Positions 9,091-16,188 of a stretch of DNA of 64,000 nucleotides are shown here, in pieces; position 1 is the stretch's first letter; every line of letters starts with the position of its first letter. A program made the position numbers and the translations under genes. This stretch comes from Candidatus Omnitrophota bacterium (GTDB lineage: Bacteria > Omnitrophota > Gorgyraeia > JAGLLT01): assembly GCA_030632085.1 (NCBI GenBank), contig DAOVJY010000002.1:248319-312318 (forward strand), written 5' to 3'. The notes below the pieces were generated by a model. The model was not told the origin of the DNA. It did no database searches and saw nothing but the letters and a program-made list of their open reading frames with translations.

Positions 9091-9209
9091 ATTGACTTTT
9101 CAAATAGATAAGTATTGCGAGTGGGGGGAGTCCTGAGTATTTTTGAAGGGCATACCTAAATTTTTGTAAGTCCCAAAATGATGCGTTTCTAATTTTTTAA
9201 GGATGGAGT

Positions 9210-9482
9210 ATGGAGAAGGATTTAATAAATATAAAAGCAAGTGAAATTGCCGACTTTGAGTATTGTGAAGTTAGCTGGAGTTTTTCTAATATGCAACAGG
9301 GCGATGTTCAGATAGCTAACTTAAAAAAGGACTTTGCCAAGGGGAGTGTTGCTCATCAAGAACATATTCGAGCAGAAGAGGCGCTAAGTCAACTTATTCG
9401 TTATAAGAATCATGCTAAAGTTATCTTTATTCTATTTGCTTTAGGATTCCTAGTCTATTTACTTTACTTAGTGTGGAGATAA
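9210..9482 (+). CDS. Cas4/RecB-like nuclease, N-terminal half (first Fe-S cysteine, motif I region) ending in a TM helix
   Basis: ASEIADFEYCEVSWSF matches the Cas4 N-terminal S..l..f.yC motif, followed by KGSVAHQEHI (G..H). C-terminal hydrophobic helix FILFALGFLVYLLYLVW. Confidence 0.6.
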   Translation: MEKDLINIKASEIADFEYCEVSWSFSNMQQGDVQIANLKKDFAKGSVAHQEHIRAEEALSQLIRYKNHAKVIFILFALGFLVYLLYLVWR

Positions 9483-9483
9483 G

Positions 9484-10005
9484 ATGTCCATTGTGTTGAC
9501 AATTCTAATATTAGGTTGTTGCGCGCTTTTTTTATATATCTTAATTAAATCATTAATTAACGATAGAAATATAATCTATGTTGGCGATAAGAACAAAGTT
9601 TTAGTATATAATGAGGGAGATATAAGGATTATTGGAAGACCCGATTATATAAAAAGGGAAGAGAATAATTATGTCGCATACGAATATAAGAGCCTAAAAA
9701 TAAAATCCAAAAATGCCTATTTGGATCATAAGTTGCAATTAGCGTGCTATATGCGACTGGTAGAAAAGACCTTTAAACAGAAGCCTGATTATGGAATAAT
9801 TACTTATGGAAACAAGAGAAGATTTAAAATTAGTAATACTTTGGAACTACAGCAGAAATTGGATAAGAGAATCGACAGGCTTAAAGAGCTAAAAACTGGA
9901 AGAGCCGTGCCTGTTAGAAGCCATAATGTGTTTGAGAAATGCTTTGCTTGTAAGTATTATCCTATCTGTAAACACCGATTAGGGAAAAAGAAAATGGAGG
10001 GTTAA
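9484..10005 (+). CDS. Cas4/RecB-like PD-(D/E)xK nuclease, C-terminal half: TM helix, motif II (GRPDYI), motif III (EYK), QhxxY (QLACY), and a C-x2-C-x5-C cluster
   Basis: The motif order and the CFACKYYPIC spacing match the Cas4 4Fe-4S/DUF83 family. Starts 1 nt after the upstream stop, in a different frame. Confidence 0.65.
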   Translation: MSIVLTILILGCCALFLYILIKSLINDRNIIYVGDKNKVLVYNEGDIRIIGRPDYIKREENNYVAYEYKSLKIKSKNAYLDHKLQLACYMRLVEKTFKQKPDYGIITYGNKRRFKISNTLELQQKLDKRIDRLKELKTGRAVPVRSHNVFEKCFACKYYPICKHRLGKKKMEG

Positions 10006-10006
10006 A

Positions 10007-10405
10007 GTGATAATACCAAATGAAGTAAAAAATTTATTTGATAAACAGTCTTTAGTTGCCTTTGGCACCGCGGACAAGCAAGGAAATCCAAATGTTGTTC
10101 CTATATTCTGGAAAGAGATCATCGATGGGGAAAGAATTTTGTTAATCGATAATTTTATGAAGATGACCAAAAAAAACCTTTTAGAAAATGGCAATGTTTG
10201 CCTGGCTTTTTGGGATTCAAAAACAAATGAGGCTTATAAGATTGAGGGGGAAGCTGTCTACTATGCACAAGGTTCGATTTATGAACAAGGCAAAAAATTT
10301 ATACAATCAAAAAAACCAGCAGCAATTCCAAAAGGAGTTGTTGAAATTAAAGTAAAAGAAATTTACACTATAAAACCGGGTTCCGACGCGGGTAAAAGAT
10401 TATAA
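10007..10405 (+). CDS. Pyridoxamine 5'-phosphate oxidase-like FMN-binding split-barrel protein
   Basis: LVAFGTADKQGNPNVVPIFW...ERILLIDNFM..TKKNLLENGNV is typical of the PNPOx-like family. Confidence 0.55.
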   Translation: MIIPNEVKNLFDKQSLVAFGTADKQGNPNVVPIFWKEIIDGERILLIDNFMKMTKKNLLENGNVCLAFWDSKTNEAYKIEGEAVYYAQGSIYEQGKKFIQSKKPAAIPKGVVEIKVKEIYTIKPGSDAGKRL

Positions 10406-10449
10406 AAAGCGGTCACCTTTTTCATTGAGAAGATAAGAGAAAATTAGTA

Positions 10450-10481
10450 GAAAGATAGTTAAGTGTTCTGTCCCCTGAAGT
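10450..10481 (+). repeat. Solo MITE right end (AAAGATAGTTAAGTGTTCTGTCCCCTGAAGTC)
   Basis: 31 of 32 identity to the MITE right end at 6689-6720, with no partner left end nearby. Confidence 0.7.
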
Positions 10482-10494
10482 CTTACAATTCAGT

Positions 10495-10523
10495 TGCTTT
10501 TTTGGCTAATTTTTGGTATAAAT
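10495..10523 (+). promoter_or_regulatory. Conserved strong sigma70 promoter cassette, copy 1: TTGCTT, 17 bp, TGgTATAAAT
   Basis: Near-identical 45-nt block repeated at 17546, 18433 and 20813. Confidence 0.6.
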
Positions 10524-10684
10524 GGGGACATTGGACAGGTTGTATTTTAATGTGGGTAGATATTAAAGCAGTATGGCATTGTGGATGTGAAGAGTATATA
10601 ATTATGGAAGAATATAGAAATATAATAAAGACTCAAATAGAGCTTGCTTTTAATAGGGCAGTAGTGTATATTGTAAATAGCAAA

Positions 10685-10732
10685 CCCGCCGAGCCTCTGC
10701 TTAGCATGCTTAATTTCGGCGGGTATTTTTTT
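10685..10732 (+). terminator. Rho-independent terminator (CCCGCCGAG...TTCGGCGGG followed by T8)
   Basis: GC-rich 8-9 bp stem plus a U-tract, read directly. Confidence 0.65.
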
Positions 10733-10750
10733 GCATACAGAAGGGGGTGC

Positions 10751-10900
10751 TATGGAATATAAAAAGCATCCCCTTACTTATGCGGAACAAGCCGATCTCC
10801 TCATTTCACGCAAACTATCCGCTGACCGTAATGCTCTCATTGAAACGCTTAAAAATGTTAATTATTATCGGAGTTCCGGGGACAGAACACTTAATTATTG
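10751..10900 (+). pseudogene. N-terminal 49-codon fragment of an Abi_2-family (AbiD/AbiF-like) abortive-infection gene, truncated by MITE insertion
   Basis: MEYKKHPLTYAEQADLLISRKLSADRNALIETLKNVNYYRSSG matches the Abi_2 N-terminus (LT.EEQ..LL..RGL....YYRLSGY). The reading frame runs straight into the MITE left IR at 10873. Confidence 0.5.
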
Positions 10901-11198
10901 AAAAGGTGTTGTTGCTTTGATAAAATCTATGTATGACAAGGATAGCGAGAATAGTTGCTTCCAATCACCCCAATCATATAATCCATCGCGGCAATCGCCG
11001 GGAAAAAGTTTTCTTTAATAAAGATGACAAACAGGTGTATCTTCGTGTATTAACTAATCAGGCCAAGAAATCGGGAATAGAATTTTCTTTAGGGGATGAG
11101 AGGTTTATTAAGAAGATTGAAGGAATTACCGGAAAGATATTGCAAAAAAATAGGCCGGGACCTATGCGGAAAGATAGTTAAGTGTTCTGTCCCCGGAA
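10873..11198 (+). mobile_element. Second copy of the RAYT-derived MITE, with terminal inverted repeats
   Basis: About 90% identical to 6392-6720. IRs GGGGACAGAACACTTAA / TTAAGTGTTCTGTCCCC. Confidence 0.75.
10933..11181 (+). pseudogene. RAYT/IS200-like transposase N-terminal fragment (82 aa), copy 2
   Basis: MTRIARIVASNHPNHIIHRGNRREKVFF... is identical in architecture to the fragment at 6453-6701. Confidence 0.7.
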
Positions 11199-11565
11199 TC
11201 TTCCGGAATTTTATAGATCCTGGAAGGCCCAAAAAAGGGAGTTGACCTCTTTTTTTCCTTTTTTTTGGTAAATCTGACATCGGAGTAAACTTTATAAAAC
11301 TCCATAGTTTCTTGGCTAGAAATGAAGGATGTAATATTTTCTGCTTGTAGCCTCACAGAAATTAAATACAACCTCCGCTTGATTATCAGTATTTAGTTTC
11401 GTGTGAACAGCACACATTAATATCTCTTGCATATTCCCCCTTTCAGCGTTAAAATACAAATATTGCAAGTAATTTAATTATAGCGTTACTATAATAAAAT
11501 ATCAGCAATATATTATTAGTTACTCAAGGATAAAATATACTCTCAAAAAATATTAAGTTTTTAAG

Positions 11566-11670
11566 AAAAAAACATAGCATATCCCAAGAAACGTTTGCCA
11601 AAGAAATAAAGATAACATATAGCACTCTCATTAAAATTGAAGTGGGTGCAAGCAAAAATCCTATCTTGTA
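11566..11670 (+). pseudogene. Remnant of an XRE-family HTH regulator (..SQETFAKEIKITYSTLIKIEVGASKNPIL*)
   Basis: The helix-turn-helix core (S.E.LA...G.S...I...E.G...P) is present, but there is no start codon and no N-terminal helix. Confidence 0.35.
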
Positions 11671-11751
11671 AATCTTGCAAACTTTCCAGGGAATCGTTAA
11701 TGCGTTGGAGGTAAAAATAGATGAGTTGGCTCGTAAGTAAAGGGATTAACT

Positions 11752-12342
11752 ATGACTAAAACAGATATTTTGCTTATGTTATTATTTTCAGATAGAGCTG
11801 CTCCGATAGTAGGTACAACCCGCTTACAAAAGCTCTTATTTCTGAGCGAACACGAAAGTGAAGTTAAGTGCGATAAGGAATCTTTTAATTTTGAAGCCTA
11901 CAAGTTTGGGCCAGTGTCTAAAACGCTATACGACGATATTGAGTTTTTAGTAAACGTAGGTTTTTTAGAAAAAACTGGAGAGGACGCAAGTATTGATATA
12001 TATTCTTTAGATGACTTAGATAGTATTAATGTTGAAAATTTAATTGAAACTTCAGAAAACGAAAAAGTAGACCTAATTAGCGAAAAGGAAGAAGGAATAT
12101 TTTCAGAAGATGACGATGAGAACAAAGCTACCACAGAAGATGATCTGACAGTTTATAAAATCACAGATAAAGGTATTGGATACCTAAAAGAAAATAATCT
12201 AATAGGAGCAAAAGAAGCCAAAGAAATAGAAAATATAAAAAAGCGCTATGGAAAGAAATCTCTTATTGAATTATTGCGATATGTATATATGAAATATCCA
12301 AAATATACTACTGAGTCAGAAATAAAAGATGAATTATTATGA
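11752..12342 (+). CDS. Panacea-domain (DUF4065, SocA-like) putative antitoxin PanA with an acidic C-terminal extension
   Basis: TTRLQKLLFLSEHE...FEAYKFGPVSKTLYDDI matches the Panacea signature (KLQKLLYyaq...w.yGPv). Confidence 0.65.
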   Translation: MTKTDILLMLLFSDRAAPIVGTTRLQKLLFLSEHESEVKCDKESFNFEAYKFGPVSKTLYDDIEFLVNVGFLEKTGEDASIDIYSLDDLDSINVENLIETSENEKVDLISEKEEGIFSEDDDENKATTEDDLTVYKITDKGIGYLKENNLIGAKEAKEIENIKKRYGKKSLIELLRYVYMKYPKYTTESEIKDELL

Positions 12343-12884
12343 GTAATGGAAATAAAGAATTCAGTAATATTGGATTTATGCTATCTATTTTTGGGCCTAG
12401 TGCTATTTCTGCAATGTTTGCAATAATTACAAAACCACTCACTGAAAAATCAACCTTTGATGCTTTACGTAAAAACTTTCTAGAAACAATACGATTTCGC
12501 ATGGCTGCCGAGATAGCAGTGATGTTGCCTCCAAAGACAGGAAGAACGGTGAATGATGATTATGTTTCAATGTGTAAAACAAAACTAAATGAATATTTCG
12601 CAAATAATTCTGTTTTGTTGGTTGATTTTTTATACTCGGAAAAGTTATATATGTCCTACGGAAAGCTTTTTATTATATTTAAATACGCTATAGTGCTAAT
12701 TCCAGTGGTAGCTATCTTATGCGGCATCATATTGATTATCTATTTTCGTGATACGCTCAGTATAAAAAATTGTGGATTGTTTGTGTTTTTTTCTCTAGTG
12801 TTTGTTTTTGCAACTTGGCTTTTTAAAGAGCGTCGGCGAGATCAATACAGTGATTTATGTTCAAAATATGAAGTGGTTAAATAG
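12339..12884 (+). CDS. Membrane protein (N-terminal soluble part plus 2-3 TM helices); candidate PanT-type toxin partner
   Basis: ATGA start/stop overlap with the Panacea gene. Hydrophobic helices at residues about 108-170. Confidence 0.4.
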   Translation: MSNGNKEFSNIGFMLSIFGPSAISAMFAIITKPLTEKSTFDALRKNFLETIRFRMAAEIAVMLPPKTGRTVNDDYVSMCKTKLNEYFANNSVLLVDFLYSEKLYMSYGKLFIIFKYAIVLIPVVAILCGIILIIYFRDTLSIKNCGLFVFFSLVFVFATWLFKERRRDQYSDLCSKYEVVK

Positions 12885-13310
12885 GTGACTATTAACACTA
12901 AGTCAAATCCTTCTGAAAAAAAGATAGTAGCAGCGGTGGCTAAATTATTGCGGAAAAATGGGTATATAAATCAAAAAACTGAGGCCCAGATCTGTGAAAG
13001 ATTCATTGATTTAGTCTGTTGGGATAAAAGAAAGAAAAAGATTGTTGCTGTAGAGGCAAAGGTAAAGGCCCCATCAAAAGCATTTGAGCAGGCAATGCGA
13101 TATAGATATGTTGCAGATCATGTGTATGTTGCAATATTGAGAAATGGGTGTAATAAGAGAGCGATAGAATTGTCAGATAGAACTGGAATTGGATTAATTT
13201 TCGTAAGACGCGACTCATTAGAACGTTATTATGCAAAGATAGAAATAGAACCTGTCAAGTCTGAGTTAAAAAACGAAAAGCTTGCAAAGTATTTTTTTAG
13301 TGATGTTTAG
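12885..13310 (+). CDS. Hjc/Mrr-like PD-(D/E)xK nuclease-fold protein (141 aa)
   Basis: E...L...GY...FIDLVCW...IVAVEAKVK reproduces the archaeal Holliday-junction resolvase Hjc motif order (E, D, ExK). GTG start abuts the upstream stop. Confidence 0.45.
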   Translation: MTINTKSNPSEKKIVAAVAKLLRKNGYINQKTEAQICERFIDLVCWDKRKKKIVAVEAKVKAPSKAFEQAMRYRYVADHVYVAILRNGCNKRAIELSDRTGIGLIFVRRDSLERYYAKIEIEPVKSELKNEKLAKYFFSDV

Positions 13311-13331
13311 ATTATAGTGTTGGAGGTTGTT

Positions 13332-14744
13332 ATGGAGAAAAGTTTCTTATTAAGAATTGGTTCTAATGCAGAAAAGCAATATGTAAAAAAAATGGGGTCA
13401 CTTTTTTCAGGATTGGTGGTTAGAGCGAACTATTTTGAATCTGCGCCCGGAATGTTAAGTGCATTATTTTTAAAATTTGATTCTTTAAATCCATCAAAAG
13501 GATTTATTATTGATCCCGTCACGTATGTTTTTATGCTTGACTCAAAATATATCAGAAGCTGGCAAAAGATTAATGGGGAGAAATCGGAGGAAAAAATAAG
13601 AAAAGATTTACATATAGATGTTTCAGAAAATGTCCCAAATGAGTGGGTGCGTACAATACAAGATCCTACCGAAAAGCAAAAAAATAAAGTTGAAATCTAT
13701 AATATAAAAAAGGCTTATCGTAAATTAGCAGATTCCTATTTTACTCCTAACATGGCCCATGAAATAGGGAAACGGTCACTTGTCAAGGAAGATTTTAGTG
13801 AGCAAGATATACGTGAATTTGTAATGAAAGTGATCAATTACCAAGTGCAGGCGATTAGTACGCGGTATGATACAGCAAAATATTCCGATTTTAAAGCTAT
13901 TGTTCCACGCCCGCTGATGATACTTTCGCCCTATTTTTTGATAAGAAATCAAAGTGATTTAGACTTTATGGAAAGAATATGGAAGCGATTTGATTCCCAA
14001 TATACCAGAGATGATGGGGCCATTGTAGTACATTGTGCGGCAGAATTTTTTGAGATTAATTATCGGTCAATTTTAGAAGTTGTAGCTAAATTGAGTAAAA
14101 AAAATATTTTTTTGTGGATTAATAAATTTGACGAAAAAAAAGTTTCATCTACTCAACTTGATGGATATATAAAATTTGTAAGCAGTGCATATGATCAGGG
14201 CATAAGTGTAACTAACCTGTATGCGGGGGGATTATCCTCTTTTCTTTTTCCATTTGGTCTTACTGGAATGGTAAATAATATAGGATATGGTTTGCAGCGT
14301 GATGCTGAACCAGTTCAAGGAGGAATACCAACAGCTCAATTTTATATACCTAAATTACATATTCGCGCACAGGTTTTAGCAACTTACGATTTATTAGTAA
14401 AAAATGAATTAGGCGGTACAGCAAAAGACTTTTATCGTAACGTTTGTTCTTGTCCGATATGTAAAAAAGGAATCCGCGAGGAATTAAGCGATTTTATCAG
14501 TTTTTATGGTGAAGCGGATTATCCTAAAAGCAATTCAGAAAGCTCACGAAAGTATCCAACATCAAAAGCATTAAAGCGATGTTTTTTCCATTTTCTTTTT
14601 TCTAGATTGAAAGAATACAAATGGGCGATAAAGGCAAGTAAGCAGGAAGCAATAGATTTGCTAGATAGCGAAATAGCTTTATGGCGTACCGATAAAGATC
14701 ATCTTCAGAGGATGAGAGATGCGTTAGATGCAATAGCAAAATAG
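13332..14744 (+). CDS. Hypothetical 470-aa protein with a CSCPIC (CxCxxC) motif and a downstream His. The start at 13332 follows a GGAGG RBS.
   Basis: Long ORF, last gene of a four-gene operon. The CxCxxC...H spacing resembles the Zn site of TGT/DpdA-like transglycosylases; this is a weak inference. Confidence 0.5.
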   Translation: MEKSFLLRIGSNAEKQYVKKMGSLFSGLVVRANYFESAPGMLSALFLKFDSLNPSKGFIIDPVTYVFMLDSKYIRSWQKINGEKSEEKIRKDLHIDVSENVPNEWVRTIQDPTEKQKNKVEIYNIKKAYRKLADSYFTPNMAHEIGKRSLVKEDFSEQDIREFVMKVINYQVQAISTRYDTAKYSDFKAIVPRPLMILSPYFLIRNQSDLDFMERIWKRFDSQYTRDDGAIVVHCAAEFFEINYRSILEVVAKLSKKNIFLWINKFDEKKVSSTQLDGYIKFVSSAYDQGISVTNLYAGGLSSFLFPFGLTGMVNNIGYGLQRDAEPVQGGIPTAQFYIPKLHIRAQVLATYDLLVKNELGGTAKDFYRNVCSCPICKKGIREELSDFISFYGEADYPKSNSESSRKYPTSKALKRCFFHFLFSRLKEYKWAIKASKQEAIDLLDSEIALWRTDKDHLQRMRDALDAIAK

Positions 14745-14881
14745 ATAAAAGTGGGAAAAGGGGTCAGGGGTCAGAGTCATTTTTCATTCTGGCAGATAAG
14801 TATTGTATTGTTAGATTTTCGCATGTCTCAGATTAATTAGGAAGCGTCCCTATTAAAATGAGAAGAAGAGAGCGGGGCGCA

Positions 14882-14916
14882 GGAAGAAAGAGAAATAAGT
14901 ATTGTGTCCCTAGAAT
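14882..14916 (+). repeat. REP/TIR-like repeat (GGAAGAAAGAGAAATAAGTATTGTGTCCCTAGAA)
   Basis: Matches 1880-1915 and the family consensus. Confidence 0.6.
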
Positions 14917-14973
14917 TTCGCCAAAGAAAAGTTACAGGAAATATTTAATAAAAAACTAGAAAGAAAAAATATA

Positions 14974-15537
14974 GTGGAAAATTCACTTCAAGCAAAGACA
15001 TATAATACATTAGCCATTGTTAGTTTGTTTCTTAGTTTACTTATCTTTATTCCGCTTACAGGATTGGCTGGTTTAGTAGTGGGTATAATTGCTCTAGCTA
15101 AAATCTCGAAATGTAAAAAAGAACTTACTGGTCAAGGTTTGGCTATTGCAGGCACGATAATTGGTGGCATCAGAACAGTCTTATTACTAGTACTTGTCAT
15201 AGGTTTCTTTGCAGGTCTTATAGGACCAGGTATTCAGTCGGCAAAAACAGAAGCATTAGAAGTGCAAGCAGCAAGCAATTTAAGACAAACTGGCATTGCT
15301 CTATATGCCTACGCAAAAAATCATGAAGGTAATCTACCTGAAAAACTTTCTGAACTAAATGATGCTGGTTATATTGATGATGCGAGTATAGGCATTTTAT
15401 ATGATAATTTTCAACAGGGGTATTTTTGTGGCGATAAAAATCTTTATCGTATGGCGGAGGAAGATATACTGATTAAAGACACAAAATACAATATTAACCT
15501 CTATGCCAACGGAAGCGTTGGCCCTTCCCACCATTAA
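14974..15537 (+). CDS. Membrane-anchored protein with a pseudopilin/DUF1559-like segment (SNLRQTGIALYAYAKNHEGNLP)
   Basis: Two N-terminal TM helices, then the NLRQIGLAL.mY motif typical of DUF1559 / type II pseudopilin-like proteins. Confidence 0.5.
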   Translation: MENSLQAKTYNTLAIVSLFLSLLIFIPLTGLAGLVVGIIALAKISKCKKELTGQGLAIAGTIIGGIRTVLLLVLVIGFFAGLIGPGIQSAKTEALEVQAASNLRQTGIALYAYAKNHEGNLPEKLSELNDAGYIDDASIGILYDNFQQGYFCGDKNLYRMAEEDILIKDTKYNINLYANGSVGPSHH

Positions 15538-15570
15538 TAGTAAAAAAATAAAAGAAGGTGGCGAATTAAA

Positions 15571-15636
15571 GAGACGGTTCTATCCTATAACGGTAAAGCT
15601 ACGGTGGACAAGTTTTTTAAAAAAATTGGCAGAAAG
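15571..15636 (+). repeat. Degenerate copy of the GGGGACGGTTCTAT...TTTTTTAAAAAAATTGGCAGRAA intergenic repeat
   Basis: Compare 8609-8645. Confidence 0.5.
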
Positions 15637-15645
15637 ACACAATAA

Positions 15646-16158
15646 ATGAATATAAAATCAGGAGACATATTATTATTTAAAGCTGAAAAAGGTATATCCA
15701 GGCTCATTGCCTGGGGCACAAACAGCAAGTATTCGCATGTGGCGGTGTGTGTGTCGGCTGAGATGAACCTTGCTATAGAAGCTATGGCAGGTGGGGTGAG
15801 GGCGAGAGATATAAGAACGATAGAAGAGCCGTATGATATATATAGAATTAAAGAGGGACATAGTTATAATCTAAATAAGACTATTTCATTTCTGGTGAGT
15901 AAGCTGAATTTAAAATATGATTACTTAGGTGTATTTTTTCTTGGATTTATAAAGCTTATGTCAAAGATTGGCAAGCCGCTGAAAAAGGCGGCGAATAAGT
16001 GGCAGATAGACAGGGATTATTTCTGCTCGGAGTTATGCTATAAGGCTTTTTATAATGGCGGTAATCTGGATATTGTGCCTGATACTGATGAGGCAGATGT
16101 TACTTCGCCGGGTGATATTTCTAAAAGTTCCATAGTGGAACTAATAGCTAATGGCTAA
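15646..16158 (+). CDS. YiiX/YebB-like permuted papain-fold peptidase (C92 family)
   Basis: GDILLFKAEKGISRLIAWGTNSKYSHVAV and DYFCSELCYKAF resemble E. coli YiiX (GDIIFQ...WSHTGI; YCSELV). Confidence 0.5.
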   Translation: MNIKSGDILLFKAEKGISRLIAWGTNSKYSHVAVCVSAEMNLAIEAMAGGVRARDIRTIEEPYDIYRIKEGHSYNLNKTISFLVSKLNLKYDYLGVFFLGFIKLMSKIGKPLKKAANKWQIDRDYFCSELCYKAFYNGGNLDIVPDTDEADVTSPGDISKSSIVELIANG

Positions 16159-16188
16159 TAGCTAAGAGCGTACGAATGGAGATATAGA

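Noticed and set aside
8859-9095. 78-aa alternative-frame ORF overlapping the membrane-protein gene
   Set aside because: It is fully overlapped in another frame by the better-supported TM-protein gene and has no RBS or motifs.
10463-10762. 99-aa plus-strand ORF
   Set aside because: It spans the conserved promoter (-35/-10) and reads through a strong intrinsic terminator. It is better explained as a non-coding promoter-terminator unit.
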